64,000 nucleotides of DNA from Octopus vulgaris (GCA_951406725.2 OX597831.1:74772001-74836000); one strand, 5' to 3'; shown: positions 42,650-56,442, counted from the stretch's first letter. Numbers and translations are program-made. Notes: generated from the sequence alone by a model not told the origin.

Positions 42650-42905
42650 ATAAGGAGATGTTATGTTGCCAACTTAATGTGGCACTCCCATGAAAGGGAA
42701 GAATGTTACTGTTATTTAGCCCTAGGAAACACCGTTTCCAGTTGGCCATGACACATTTTCTGTCCTTATGTTTTCAGATGGGGAGATAAGCACCTCTACC
42801 CAACAAAGCCAGCATCTAAAAGACTAGTTTCAGAGTCATTGCTCTTCATCAGTCTGGAGTAGCATAGCTTGCTAGCTGTCGGTGCCTATCCGCCTTTGAA
42901 AACAT
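42650..42905 (-). mobile_element. TA-flanked element with a canonical-core hammerhead at 42818-42857
   Basis: Minus strand reads AGA-CTGATGA-AGAG caatga CTCT-GAAA-CTAG-TC/TTT. Stem III is the palindrome ACTAGT. Confidence 0.7.
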
Positions 42906-42923
42906 ATATATTTCAATTGAAAT

Positions 42924-42999
<76 letters not shown>

Positions 43000-43002
<3 letters not shown>

Positions 43003-43520
43003 AACTTATAAACAAGGGCAAAAGAAAAAAAATTATAATGCCAAATATGCCGAAAACAGGCTTAAATCGTCAATGACCATATAATTCATCACTATAAGCA
43101 CGTGTCTCGAAGTAAGCCGACAGAAATTTCTAAAAAATTCCGTTATTATCGTATTGGCCCCGATTTCAGAGTTAATTCATAAGAATTTTCTCCTCGTCAG
43201 GGAGAAAATGGGTATAAGTAAGTATTTCATTTATTTCTTACCGTATTTATCGCTGACGAGGAGAAAATTCTTATGAAATAACTCTGAAATCGGGGCCAAT
43301 ACGATAATAACGGAATTTTTAAGAAATTTCTGTCGGCTTACTTCGAGACACGTGCTTATAGTGATGAATTATATCGTTATTGACGGTTTAAGCCTGTTTT
43401 CGGCATATTTGGCATAAGAATTATTTTCTTTTGCCCTTGTTTATAAATTTAACCTTTAAAGGTATTTTTTAATATGCTGGCCATCGATAGAATTTTTTTC
43501 GAAAAATTTTATCCTATATT
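43000..43520 (+). mobile_element. Fold-back element (~195-bp arms) with a hammerhead at 43241-43313
   Basis: Arms at 43006-43200 and 43253-43447. Reads CCGT..TTATCG-CTGACGA-GGAG..CTCT-GAAA-tcggggccaa-TA/CGATAA..ACGG. Confidence 0.75.
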
Positions 43521-44171
43521 AGATATATATATATATATTTATATATATATTATATAGTCCATATGAAAATAGGACAAATTTAAATATTTCTCGATTGAAA
43601 AAAAATGAACAAATTAATTTTTAAAGCTTATTTGGTTGTCATCAGAGACATCTGCCTCAGTTTAATCAACCCCACAGAATAAAGCAAGTCTGTTTATGTA
43701 CTCAACGAACTCTGTTGCCACGGAAAATTGGGGTCACTAATTTGCATACCAGAAGTGTTTGACACTCTATTTCATATTAGGGGCCTGTGAAAGGGGATTT
43801 TACTCCACACAGTATCAAGGTATGATTTAATATATGTAACCTATATGGTGTCTATATGAACAAAGCTAAATTACTATTTCTCCATAGATTGAAAGAATGA
43901 TGGCCAGTTTAATCGATTTTCTACACATATATACATTTGTATGTATATGTATGTGGGTATATGTATAAAAATATTTCATCCATAATCGTTAGTCTGACAA
44001 AATATATTCTGTTTCATCTGTGCTATGTCTCAACGGGAACTCCCAATAAGCCAGAGATGAAACAGAATACATGGATTCAATAGATTATTCACTCTCAGAC
44101 TTGGCTCAGAATGTTATTGTCTGCACAAAGCTTCCTTTTGAACTTGCCAACCCATAGTATATATGTATCAT

Positions 44172-44203
<32 letters not shown>

Positions 44204-44204
44204 T

Positions 44205-45486
44205 GCGGTGAATATATTTTCGTCTAAATTACGCAGAAATGGAAATAACACTGACATCTCATTTTAACAGATATATTTACCAAAATTACATAAAAATATC
44301 TTGAAATACTAAAGAATAAATTTATTCAATAAAATCGCCATTGACTTCAACCACGGCCTCCAGATGACTTCGGAATTTTCTGCGACTCTTCTGGGCAATC
44401 TTCTTGTTTAAGTTGGTGAATGCTTCCATAATCCTTGCCTTCAGTTAATCTTCATGAGGAGTTTCGTTGGTCTCTTGCTCAACTATGCTCCGCACATAAT
44501 AATCAAGGGGGTTGCAGTCTGGGGAGTTAGGTGGCCAGATATTAGGGGTGATGTGGTCGCAGAAATTGTCTGACAGCCGTTACTGGGTTCTCTTATGCTT
44601 GTGTGGCATGGTGCAAGAGACCTGTTACCAAACATGGGGTCATCTAGCAGGTACCCTCTTGACTCAGGGCAGCACTACCTCCTCCAGACATTTAATGTTG
44701 ATCTCTGTGTTGAGTCTGAAGTTGTGTGAGAAGATGAATGGAGAAATAGCGTGTCATCACTAGTGATCATTCCAAACACCATGATTATGACTGGATGTCT
44801 TGAGTTTTATCACTCTTGGTACATGTTTTGGGGACGTAGCAAGCCAACGGTTGTTCTATGTGTTCACCATCTGATCCGGGCAGAACTTTTTCTCGTCTGC
44901 GGAAAACCAAACCATGTTCGGTTAGATGGAAGATTGAATATGTTCAAAAGCTTCGTAGTGCGGTCTTTCCTCTTGTCCTTGGGATAAAAATTGGCTCTTT
45001 CTCATCTTGTATGAAGAATACCGAATATCTTCATGCACTACCTGCCTGAGAAGAAACTCAGACACTCCCATGTCCATGGTGATGGACCTGATTGACTTGG
45101 AGGGATCGTTGTCAATCACGGCCTGAATCCCACCAACAAATTCAGGAGTTCTTTTCTTATCAAAACGATCAAAGTGAGTTTTCCGAGCTTCCGAACCTTC
45201 GGAATCACCATTAGACTCACCCAACTCTTTCCGAATCCTCTGCACTTTCTTTTAGATTGACACCCAAACACTCTGAAATGTTCCTATTGGAGCTTCCGAC
45301 ACAAATGCCAAGAACTACAGCTTCCAAATTTCTGGCAGAGTGAATTGCATCATGGTGCTGTTTTTCCCACAGACAGTGCCCAACTGACCCTACTATACCA
45401 TATAGTCAACAAAATGAAAATCAAACAAGGCGCATGCTTTAAATTAAAAATATATAATGGGGACAATTTACCCATCAAACCATGTA
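44205..45486 (-). mobile_element. Decayed Tc1/mariner-superfamily transposon (possibly DD37D/maT-like)
   Basis: HTH region DNDPSKSIRSITMDMGVSEFLLRQVVHEDIRYSSYK and catalytic-region WPPNSPDCNPLDY. Right end ggggacaatttacccatcaaaccatgta. Confidence 0.78.
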
Positions 45487-45506
45487 TATATATATATATA
45501 TATATG

Positions 45507-45740
45507 TATAGAATGGTTGTATACTGTCAATCTAACACGAACGTGACAGTAGAGGGTACAGCACCGCAGTTTAACCCTAGGAACCATCGAGGCCTCCTGA
45601 TGGCTTTGACACATTTTTCCTGTGTAAAAAAAATGTGTCAAAGCCATCAGGAGGCATCGATGCTTCCTAGGGCTAAAGAGCAGTGGTGTAACCTCCTACT
45701 GTCACGTTCACGTTAGATTGACAGTATACAACCATTCTAT
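45507..45740. repeat. ~235-bp near-perfect palindrome after (TA)n
   Basis: atagaatggttgtatactgtcaatctaac...ctttgacacattttt | aaaaatgtgtcaaag...gttagattgacagtatacaaccattctat. Confidence 0.88.
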
Positions 45741-45793
45741 CGCCCCACCACCGTACATGTCTCTACGAGAGATTTAGAAATTTAATATTTCTG

Positions 45794-45854
<61 letters not shown>

Positions 45855-45859
<5 letters not shown>

Positions 45860-45985
45860 TTAACATGAATGTTGATGACAGTGATTTTGAAGTTTTGGCC
45901 AGCTAAACCACCATTAGATTGCAGTCCAATGGTGGCTTAGCTGACCAAAAACTTCAAAGGTGAGGTCAATAATATTCTTGTTTAA
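45855..45985. repeat. ~130-bp imperfect hairpin after (TA)n
   Basis: tttgaagttttggccagctaaaccaccatt / aatggtggcttagctgaccaaaaacttcaaa. Confidence 0.75.
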
Positions 45986-46077
45986 GTATAATATATTTTT
46001 ACTCTACAAAAGTATAGAATAAGCCATCAGATATTAAAGTAAAATTGTCTTTTATTATAACTCAACATGAAAACAAA

Positions 46078-46159
<82 letters not shown>

Positions 46160-46171
46160 CATACACATATA

Positions 46172-46210
<39 letters not shown>

Positions 46211-46949
46211 AATATATATACACATACATACATACACATATAAACATATACCTATACACACACACACATATGTATACACATATACCTATACACACACACA
46301 CATACACATAGACACATGCATATATAAACATATACCTACATATACATATACACACACACATACACATAGACACATACACATATAAACATATACCTATATA
46401 TATATATATGCACACACACACACACATACAAACACACCTATATTTTCATATATGTGGCGGGGGGGGAATTCATGGAACAATTGAAGAATTAGGTTGTATA
46501 AGATGGGGGGGGGGTAATAAAAAAAAGGAGCACAGAGAAAGAAAACGACGTCTAAATGATTCTTTAAATGTCAAGAAAGAAATAACCAGAAAGAAAGAAA
46601 GAAAAAGCAAAATGGGTATTAAAAAAAGTACAAAACAAATATAAAATAAAGAAGAAAATATGATAAATACAAAAAAAAAGAGGGAAAAGAAGAGTGAAGA
46701 AGGAGAAAGAAAGAAAGAAAGAAGCAAGGAGAAAACGCAAGAAAGAAAGAAAAGAAATGAAGGGAAGAGAGGAAGTAAAGAAAGAGTGGAAGGATGAATA
46801 AAAGGGAGAAAGAAAAGAGGAAGAAAAAAGGAAGAAAAAGCGAAAAGGAAAGAAATATTCTCAGGTGAATCAATCAGCTATTTAAGGTAACTAGATTTTA
46901 TTATATTATAAACAACAACATGTGTGTGTAGGTGAGTATATCATGTATG

Positions 46950-47001
<52 letters not shown>

Positions 47002-47235
47002 CACACACATATATATATATATACACACACACACACATATATATACACACACATATATATATACAGACATATTTATATATACATATATCTGTGTGTATGT
47101 GTGTGTATGTGTGTATGTATGTGTGTATGTATGCACATGTATAAATACACACACACATATGTACATGTATACATATATATATACGTGTATATATATATGA
47201 ACATTGATATAGGTGTGCGTGTGTATGTATATGTG

Positions 47236-47288
<53 letters not shown>

Positions 47289-47442
47289 GTATGTATATAT
47301 ATGTATATATATATATATATATAATATATATATATATATGCATGTGCATGTGTATGTATGTATATTTTTTGCCCCGCTCATCTACTCAGACGCATACATA
47401 CTCACACACAGGCGTATATGTGTGCATCTGCATGAACGAGAA

Positions 47443-47473
<31 letters not shown>

Positions 47474-47714
47474 GTAGGAATGAGCATGGCAGTAAGGAGG
47501 GAGAGGAGGAGGGAAGGAGAGTCATGTTGATAAAATCTATTTTAGTTATCAGAATGATATCGTAGGTGAGAGTATCTCATAGCACCGCTTAGTCATAGAG
47601 ATGGCAACACAGTGTAATATCTGTTAGGTGATAGCTCAACAACAACAACAACAACAAACAAACAAACAAACAAGCAACAACAGCAGCAGCAGCAATAATT
47701 CTTTGAACTATATT

Positions 47715-47942
47715 CACTAGGCCTGAAAATTATGTGGTCGGGGGTAAGGTGAGGGTTGAGGTGGTAGTGGTGGTGGTGGTGGGGTGACTAGTTGATACCA
47801 TCGACTCCAGTACATGACTGGTACTTAAGGATGGAAGGTGAAGTTGACCTCGGTGGTGGAATTTGAACTCAGAACGTAAAGCTGGAAGGTAAATGCTGCT
47901 ATGCACTTTTTCCAGTGTGCTAACGATTCTGCCAGTTCTCCG
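47715..47942 (-). mobile_element. SINE family B, diverged
   Basis: ggaatttgaactcagaacgta...gtgctaacgattctgccagttc. Confidence 0.72.
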
Positions 47943-48088
47943 TCTCAGTAATAACAACAACAACAACAACAACAATAATAATAATAGCAATAATAATAAT
48001 AATAACAACAACAACAACAATAATGATAATAATAATAATAATAATGATAATAATAAATAATGATAATAATAATAACAATGATAACAAT

Positions 48089-48173
<85 letters not shown>

Positions 48174-49281
48174 GATGCAGTACCAGGCAGTGGCTCTCAT
48201 GGCTTCTAATCTTAACTGATTGGAAGTGTTATCATGTACATTGTTTTGTCTTGGTATAAAAGATGGGCTACAGCAAATATTCTGCTCAATACCACAGATT
48301 TGCTTGTCAGTTGTGTGACCTTAACCAGTTGAGCATGTCCCTTGGTGGCTGACGATATGTGCATCTCTGATCACGAGCAGAAGTAGTGGGGGAGCATCAT
48401 AGCCATGTGTTGAGAGGGATTCTTTGGGGTTTGAATAGTTCACCTCTGGAAACATGGGTGGTTCTTTCAACATCCTTAAACAACCCTTATTCAGGGACCG
48501 TTTGAGCGGGATGGGCTACTCAACCTGAAGAAAATTCTAACTGGGCCCCACCTGTAAGGTCATGTGCTGTTTATCTTGATATGAGATCACCATGTCGCGC
48601 ACATATGGTTGTGATGCATGTGCCTGGTGTACCTTTATCAGACGGGTAGTCATGATGGGTATATTGGGCTTCGTATATTTTACCCCAGTGTCACTTTGAT
48701 GGCATGAACTGCTCTCTCACTCAATAATAATAATAAATGCCCTGATGCAGTACCAGGCAGTGGCTCTCATGGCTTCTGATCTTAACTGATTGGAAGTGTT
48801 ATCATGTACATTGTTTTGTCTTGGTATAAAAGATGGGCTACAGCAAATATTCTGCTCAATACCACAGATTTGCTTGTCAGTTGTTTGACCTTAACCAGTT
48901 GAGCATGTCCCTTAGTGGCTGACGATATGTGCATCTCTGATCACGAGCAGAAGTCGTGGGGGAGCATCATAGCCGTGTGTTGAGAGGGATTCTTTGGGGT
49001 TTGAATAATTCACCTCTGGAAACATGGGTGTTTCGTTCAACATCCTTAAACAGAGACCATTTGAGCGGGATGGGTTACTCGACCAGAAGAAAGTTCTAAC
49101 TGGGCCCCACCTGCAAGGTTATGTGCTGTCTATATTGATATGAGATCACCATGTCGCGCACATATGGTTGTGATGCATGTGCCTAGTGTACCCTTATCAG
49201 ACGGGTAGTCATGATGGGTATACTGGGCTTCATATATTTTACCCCAGTGTCACTTTGATGGCATGCACTGCTCTCTCACTC
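48174..49281. repeat. Tandem dimer of a ~550-bp non-coding element bounded by (TAA)n
   Basis: Copies at 48174-48722 and 48736-49281 (gatgcagtaccaggcagtgg...ctctctcactc), slightly diverged. Confidence 0.85.
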
Positions 49282-49337
<56 letters not shown>

Positions 49338-49360
<23 letters not shown>

Positions 49361-49722
49361 GTTTAAAACTTTGCCGCAAGGGCAGAAATTTTGGGGCAGT
49401 GTTCAACTCGTACTTATTTTATCGAAACGGAAAGGATGAAAGGCAAAATCAACCTCAGCGGAATTTGAACTCAGAACTTAAGACAAAATACATATTTCTT
49501 TACTACCCACAAGGGGCTAAACACAGAGAGGACAAACAAGGATAGACAAACGGATTAAGTCGATAAACATCGACCTCAGTGCGTAACAGGTACTTAATTT
49601 ATCGACCCCGAAAGGATGAAAGGCAAAGTCGACCTTGGCGGAATTTGAACTCAGAACGTAACGGCAGACGAAATACGGCTACGCATTTCGCCCGGCGTGC
49701 TAACGTTTCTGTCAGCTCGCCA
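49338..49722 (-). mobile_element. SINE family B, tandem/compound copy
   Basis: Two ggaatttgaactcagaac segments. Head cagctcgcc at ~49715. Confidence 0.82.
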
Positions 49723-49741
49723 TCTTAATAATAATAATAAT

Positions 49742-50780
49742 AGCGTATGGGAGTGCATCAACAGTGAAGGAAGAAACATGGCAGAATATTTGGTAAACAG
49801 CAAAGAAGACCTGCTGCAGTATGCTGCTAATGCAGAAGGATTTAACAAAAAATGGACTTGAGAGTGCTCATGAATTCTGATCACGAATAGCCAACGAGAG
49901 AGAAGAAACCCTTTTCTGCATGGAATTACATGATCCGTTCCACTGTGACACTAACAACTTAAAAGTCCAGGAAGCATGATGGTGGTAGCTCAGCAAGAGT
50001 GACCTAAAAAAGAATACTGAAACCTAATCATCGCTGCCTAGGTCCAGGCATTGAATACCAACTCAGCGAAAAGGGATATATACCACACAAGTGCATCGGA
50101 CTTCAACAGAATGTGTGGGAAGAGGGTCGAAAGCGTGACTCACATTGTTAGTCCTTGGGAAAGTCTTGCGTAGAAAGAGTACAAGAGTAGACACGACAAC
50201 GTAGCCCCAAACCTCCACTGGCTACTATGCTGTAAGTATGGGTATGAAGTTACGGGTGCTTGGTATCAACATACACCAGAATAGGTAATGGAAGAAAAGG
50301 GGAAGGCAAAAATCCTCTGGGACTTTGACTTCCAGATAGACAAGGTGCTAGAGCACCGAAGGCCGGATATAGTAACCTTTAGGAAGAACAAACATGAGTG
50401 CCTAATAATCGACATAGCAGTGCCAGGAGATCGCCATATCATCAGGAAAGAAGAGAAAAGATTGATTAATATGGAGACCTGGGTATTGAGATTGCTAAGA
50501 TGCGGCAGCTGTGAGAGTCAAGTATAAAAGTGTCCCTGTTGTCATCGGAGCATTGGGTTCAATACCACCCAGCCAGAAAAAAAACATCTGGAAACTTCAG
50601 AATTACTCTACAATCTAGGTGTATTGCAAAAATCGGCTTTACTTGGAACTGCACGCATATTGCAAAAAGTACCGTCTGTCTGAGGTCCCTGTTGGGACTT
50701 GACAAACAGTGCAAACCCTCAGCAGACACAATATCTTCAGTCAAAAATCTCACGATATTGCATACTGTGCAACGTCTATA
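49742..50780 (+). mobile_element. Older R4/Dong-type LINE 3' fragment in (TAA)n
   Basis: ESVTHIVS, EYKSRHD, KILWDFDFQIDKVLEHRRPDIV..CLIIDIAVPGD, LLGTARILQKV, with many stops. Confidence 0.82.
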
Positions 50781-50784
50781 ATAC

Positions 50785-50909
<125 letters not shown>

Positions 50910-50914
50910 GTTCT

Positions 50915-51355
50915 GGTTTTATTGGCCACAAGGGCTAATATAAAAAACATGTAAGGACAAACACACTACAAAGGGTTTTGCGAAAAAGAAAGGTCCGTGT
51001 AAACATGATGATAAGAGAAATTTAACAAGTAAAACTCCGAACAGAGGGAGGCGCTTTGAAAGGTTACTCGTGAAAAAAACCGATACTCGCGAAAAAACCC
51101 ATGGGAGCCAGGTCAAACGGAGAGAGAGAGCCCCTTCTTTTATATTCCTTTTTTTTTACAGCCGTAACCTCAGAATTGCTCCGTTCATACTGGCCATTTT
51201 ACCGACATTCACCCAACTTTCCATAAATTTGCTACGAGACAGCACTTCCCTCTCTATTCTCATCTTCCTTTTCAAGTAGAAATCGAAAAAAGTTGATGAG
51301 ACCTTGGCTAAAGAAGAAAGTGGCTGGCTTTAGCCTTTTCAAACGGGTCCACCAT
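50915..51355 (-). mobile_element. L1/Tx1-like LINE 3' fragment
   Basis: Minus strand WWTRLKRLKPATFFFSQGLINFF...RKMASMNG resembles an ORF2 C-terminus. The UTR ends gtggccaataaa. Confidence 0.55.
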
Positions 51356-51463
51356 ACCACCTCAGTTGGTACTTATTTTATCGATCCCAAAAGGATGAAA
51401 GGTAAAGACACCACAGCAGAATTTGATTTGATAATAATGATGACGATGATGATGATGATTATG

Positions 51464-51521
<58 letters not shown>

Positions 51522-51594
51522 TGATGATGATAATAATAATGAAAGAAAACCGCGTAAGGGAGATAACAATAGTGATAGTGATCCCAACAAGAGG

Positions 51595-51634
<40 letters not shown>

Positions 51635-51635
51635 T

Positions 51636-52030
51636 CTTTTCTACTTTAGGCACAAGGCCCGAAATTTTGGGGGAGGGAGCCAGTCGATTAGATCGACTCC
51701 AGTACGCAACTGGTAATTAATTTATCGACCCCGGAAGGATGAAAGGCAAAGTTGACCTCGGCGGAATTTGAACTGAGAACGTAAAAACAGGAAATACCTA
51801 TTTCTTTACTGCCCACAAGGGGCTAAACACAGAGAGGACAGACAAGGACAGACAAACGGATTAAGTCGATTATATCGACTCCAGTGCGTAACTGGTACTT
51901 ATTTAATCGACCCCGAAAGGATGAAAGGCAAAGTCGACCTCGGCGGAATTTGAACTTAGATCGTAGCGGCAGACAAAATACTGCTACGCAATTCGCCCGG
52001 CGTGCTAACGATTCTGCCAGTTCGCCGCCT
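51636..52030 (-). mobile_element. SINE family B, tandem/compound copy
   Basis: Two gaccccg(a/g)aaggatgaaaggcaaagt segments. Confidence 0.86.
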
Positions 52031-52129
52031 TAGCATGAATAAGAATAATGACAATAACAATAGTTACCACGACAACAATAACAAAAACTATGGCTGCAAA
52101 AAAAAACAACAACAATAAAAACAATACCA

Positions 52130-52289
52130 AGGAGTGGCTGTGTGGTAAGTAGCTTGCTAACCAACCACATGGTTCCGGGTTCGGTCCCACTGCGTAACAT
52201 CTTGAGCAAGTGTCTTCTGCTATAGCCCCGGGCCGACCAATGCCTTGTGAGTGGATTTGGTAGACGGAAACTGAATGAAGTCTGTCGTA

Positions 52290-52366
<77 letters not shown>

Positions 52367-52710
52367 GTTTAAATATTTGTTGTGCAATATTTTTTATGTG
52401 AAGTCGTGTGTTGAAACAGATATTGTTGTATTTAGGAATGGTCATTTTGCCAGTTTAGCCAATAAAAACACACGCACTATATATTTGGTGTTACTTTGCT
52501 TCAGTGTTATTTATTTTTTACATTAATCTTAATACGAAAGAAGAAAACAAAGGACCACTGATGAGGTCACAGGAGTGTGACGAAAGAACTCTGGCCGAAA
52601 TAAGATTAAGATTAATGTAATAAATAACACTGAAGCAAAGTAACACCAAATATATAGTGCGTGTGTTTTTATTGGCTAAACTGGCAAAATGACCATTCCT
52701 AAATACAACA

Positions 52711-52769
<59 letters not shown>

Positions 52770-52975
52770 TGTGTCTGTGTTTGTCCCCCTAGCATTTGAC
52801 AACCGATGCTGGTGTGTTTACGTCCCCGTCACTTAGCGGTTCGGCAAAAAAAGACCGATAGAATAAGTACTGGGCTTACAAAAGAATAAGTCTCGGGGTC
52901 GATTTGCTAGATTAAAAAGGCAGTGCTCCAGCATGGCCGCAGTCAAATGACTGAAACAAGTAAAAGAGTAAAAGA
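52130..52975 (+). mobile_element. SINE family A split by an insertion into its internal (TA)n
   Basis: 5' half at 52130-52295 and 3' half at 52730-52975. Confidence 0.85.
52366..52712 (+). mobile_element. Fold-back element with a hammerhead (52552-52597) in the loop, nested in a SINE
   Basis: Arms at 52422-52533 and 52605-52712. Reads GGACCA-CTGATGA-g-GTCAC aggagt GTGAC-GAAA-gaac-TC/TGGCC. Confidence 0.78.
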
Positions 52976-53216
52976 GTGTAACAGCAACAACAACAGCAAC
53001 ATCACCAATGATGCTGTAAGTCTGGAACGCTTGTGAAGTTTTACTTCGTTGCACTGTTTTACAGGAGAGAGAAGGAAGAAGGAAAAAAAAGAAGCGGAGA
53101 ATATTTTATCACAAACCTGTCAAAACTTAATATTCTATAAACTTTGTATTATACACAGGCATATCATTCATGTGTGTATGTGTGTATGTATGTACATATA
53201 CATACATACATGCATA

Positions 53217-53293
<77 letters not shown>

Positions 53294-53310
53294 ATATATA
53301 TATATATATA

Positions 53311-53353
<43 letters not shown>

Positions 53354-53439
53354 ATATACATATATATGTATATAAATACATGCATACGTATATATACACA
53401 CACACATATATATATACATATATATATATATACATACAC

Positions 53440-53518
<79 letters not shown>

Positions 53519-53779
53519 CATATACATATATATATACATTTATATGTATATATATATATACATATATACATGTATATGTATTTATATATATACATATATA
53601 CATATATACATATATATATATACACACATATATATATATATATATACACACTACATATATATACATATACATACATATACATATATATATATATACACAC
53701 ACAAACACATACATGCTCACACATCACTCATAAATATACATATATGTAGCTCTCTCTTTCTCTCTTTCTGTGTATGTGT

Positions 53780-53865
<86 letters not shown>

Positions 53866-54023
53866 ACATGAACGTACATATGTACACACGTTTATATGCA
53901 TGGGTGTTTATCGAGTTGAGAATTTCAACAACATAATCTCACTAATCGCTGCGTCTTGTTTCTTTAGTCTTCAGCTGAAGGTGTATATATGTAGGTATAT
54001 ATATATATGCATGTGTATATATA

Positions 54024-54054
<31 letters not shown>

Positions 54055-54121
54055 GTGTGTGGGTGTGTGTGTATGAATATATATATATATATATGCATGT
54101 GTATATATATGTGTAGGTGTG

Positions 54122-54158
<37 letters not shown>

Positions 54159-54552
54159 ATGAATATATATATATATATGCATGTGTATATATATATGTGT
54201 ATATGTGTGTATACATATATGTGGGTGTGTGTGTATGTGCATGTGTGTATGTATGTGTATGTATATCACATAGAGAAGGTGAAATGGAAAGACAGACAGA
54301 CAGACAGGCAAGCACACTTTGGTTCTGGTGTTGATGATGATGATGATGATGGTGTTGGGAGTAAAGAAGGTGAGGGCGCTGGTGCTCGTGGTGGGTTGCG
54401 GTGGTAGTAGACGTTGTGATGGTGATGTCGGTGGTGGGTTGATAGTGGTGGTGGCGGTGGTGGTGGTGGTGGTGGTAGGTTGTGGTGTTAGCGTGATAAC
54501 AGTGGAGCAGTGGTGATGGTACAGATTATACAATCAGGGAACGGGGTGGGGG

Positions 54553-55320
54553 TCATGGTAGTGATGCAGATGACGGTGGCAGGGGCAGCGGCAGTGGTGG
54601 CCACATGGTGGTGGTGGCAGCGGTGGTGGTGATGAAGTTGTTGTTGTTGGTGGTGGTGGTGATGGTTGCAATAGTAGCAGCAGCGGCGGTGGTGGTGGCA
54701 GCAGTGGTGGTGGCGGTGGTAGCGGTGGTTGTGGTGATGGTGGTGGTGGTGGTGGTGGTGGTGGTGGTGGTGGTGGTTATGGTGGTGCTGGTGGTGGTAG
54801 TGGTGATGGTGGTGGTGGTGGTGGTGATGGTGGTGGCGGTGATGGTGGTGGTGATGGTGGCGGTGGTGGTGGTGGTGGTGGTGGTAGTGGTGGTGGTGGT
54901 AATGGTGATGGTGGTGGTGGTAGCGGTGGTAGTGGTGATGGTGGTGGTGGTGGTGGTAATGGTGGTAATGGTGGTGGCGGTGATGGTGGTGGTGATGGTG
55001 GCGGTGGTGGTGGTGGTGGTGGTGGTGGTGGTGGTAATGGTGATGGTGGTGGTGGTAGCGGTGGTAGTGGTGATGGTGGTGGTGGTGGTGGTGGTAGTGG
55101 TGGTGGTGGTGATGGTGGTAGCAGTGGTGTGGTGGTGGTGGTGGTGGTAATGGTGGTGGTGGTGGTGGTGATGGTGGTGGTGGTGGTGGTGGTGGTTATG
55201 GTGGTGCTGGTGGTGATGGTTGTAGTGGTAGTGGTGATGGTGGTGGTGGTGGTAGCGGTGGTGTGATGGTGGTAGTGGCAGCATCAGCGGTGGTGGTAGT
55301 GATGTTAGTTGTGGTGGTGT
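54553..55320. repeat. (GGT)n-rich microsatellite
   Basis: Directly visible. Confidence 0.95.
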
Positions 55321-55627
55321 ATATTTTGTTACCTTTCTGCGTGGGGTGGTAGAGGAAGGTGGTGGCGGCAGGGGTGGGGGGAGACGTTGTGTGGATATTT
55401 TTGGTAAAATTGGTCATCCTAAGAAATGTTGGTATGTGCAGGGTAGGGGAAGCGGGTGCCGGGGTGTGCGGGTATGGTAGGAATCGAATACAGTTCTGAA
55501 GAGAGACTGCATACGTTTACACATATACACACACATACATGCATCATATACATATACATGTATATATAGATATACATATGTGTGTGTGTGTGTGTGTGTG
55601 TTCTTACATACATGAATACATTCATAT

Positions 55628-55990
55628 GGTTGTGTGGTAAGAAGTTTGCCTCCCAACCACATGGTTCCAGGTTCAGTCCCACTGCATGGCACCTCGGGCA
55701 AATGTCTTCTTCAATAGCCTTGATCCAAGCAAAGCCTTGTGAGCAGAATTAGTTGGCGGAAACTGAAAGAAGCCCATCATGTGTATATACATATATTTGT
55801 GAGTGCATGTGTGTGTGTGTGTGTGTATGCATGTATGTTTGTTTCCCACATCAGCTTAACTATTGGTGTTGGTGTGTTTATGTTCCCATAACTTAGTAGT
55901 TTGGCAAAAAGAGAGAAATAAAATAAGTACCAGGCTGGAAAAGAAATGTACTAGGGTTGATTTGTTTGATTAAAACTTCTTCAAGGTCAA
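55628..55990 (+). mobile_element. SINE family A, diverged
   Basis: ggttgtgtggtaagaag...aggttcagtccc...ggaaactgaaagaagccc. Confidence 0.78.
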
Positions 55991-56011
55991 ACCCCACCAT
56001 CACTACAGTAG

Positions 56012-56075
<64 letters not shown>

Positions 56076-56085
56076 CTTTTAACTT

Positions 56086-56383
56086 TGTCGCCCTTTTCAA
56101 GCCTAGTCAGGCTTATGGGCCCGGTTTCCCGGTTTCTGTGGCGTATGTGTCCCCTCCCCCAGATGAACGGGACGCCTGTCCACCGCAGCATTACTCAAGA
56201 AACAGGAGGAGCATGTGAGAGAAAGTTGTGGCGAAAGAGTACGACAGGGGTCGCCACCAGCCCCTGTCAGAGCCTCGTGGAGCTTTTTGGTGTTTTCGCT
56301 CAATAAACGCACACAACGCCAAGTCTGGGAATCGGAACTCCGACCGCGAGTCCGCTGCCCTAACCACTGGGCCATTGCGCCTC
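56086..56383 (-). mobile_element. tRNA-derived SINE family C
   Basis: Minus-strand head ggaggcgcaatggcccagtggttagggc. Tail ccgggaaaccgggccca..ctaggcttgaaaagggcg also occurs at 20678-20740, with a related stretch at 1285-1370. Confidence 0.78.
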
Positions 56384-56401
56384 CACACACACACACACAC
56401 A

Positions 56402-56442
<41 letters not shown>

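Noticed and set aside
56330-56383. SINE heads (here, 63433-63521 and families A/B) as tRNA genes
   Set aside because: The cloverleaves are incomplete and are fused to repeat bodies.
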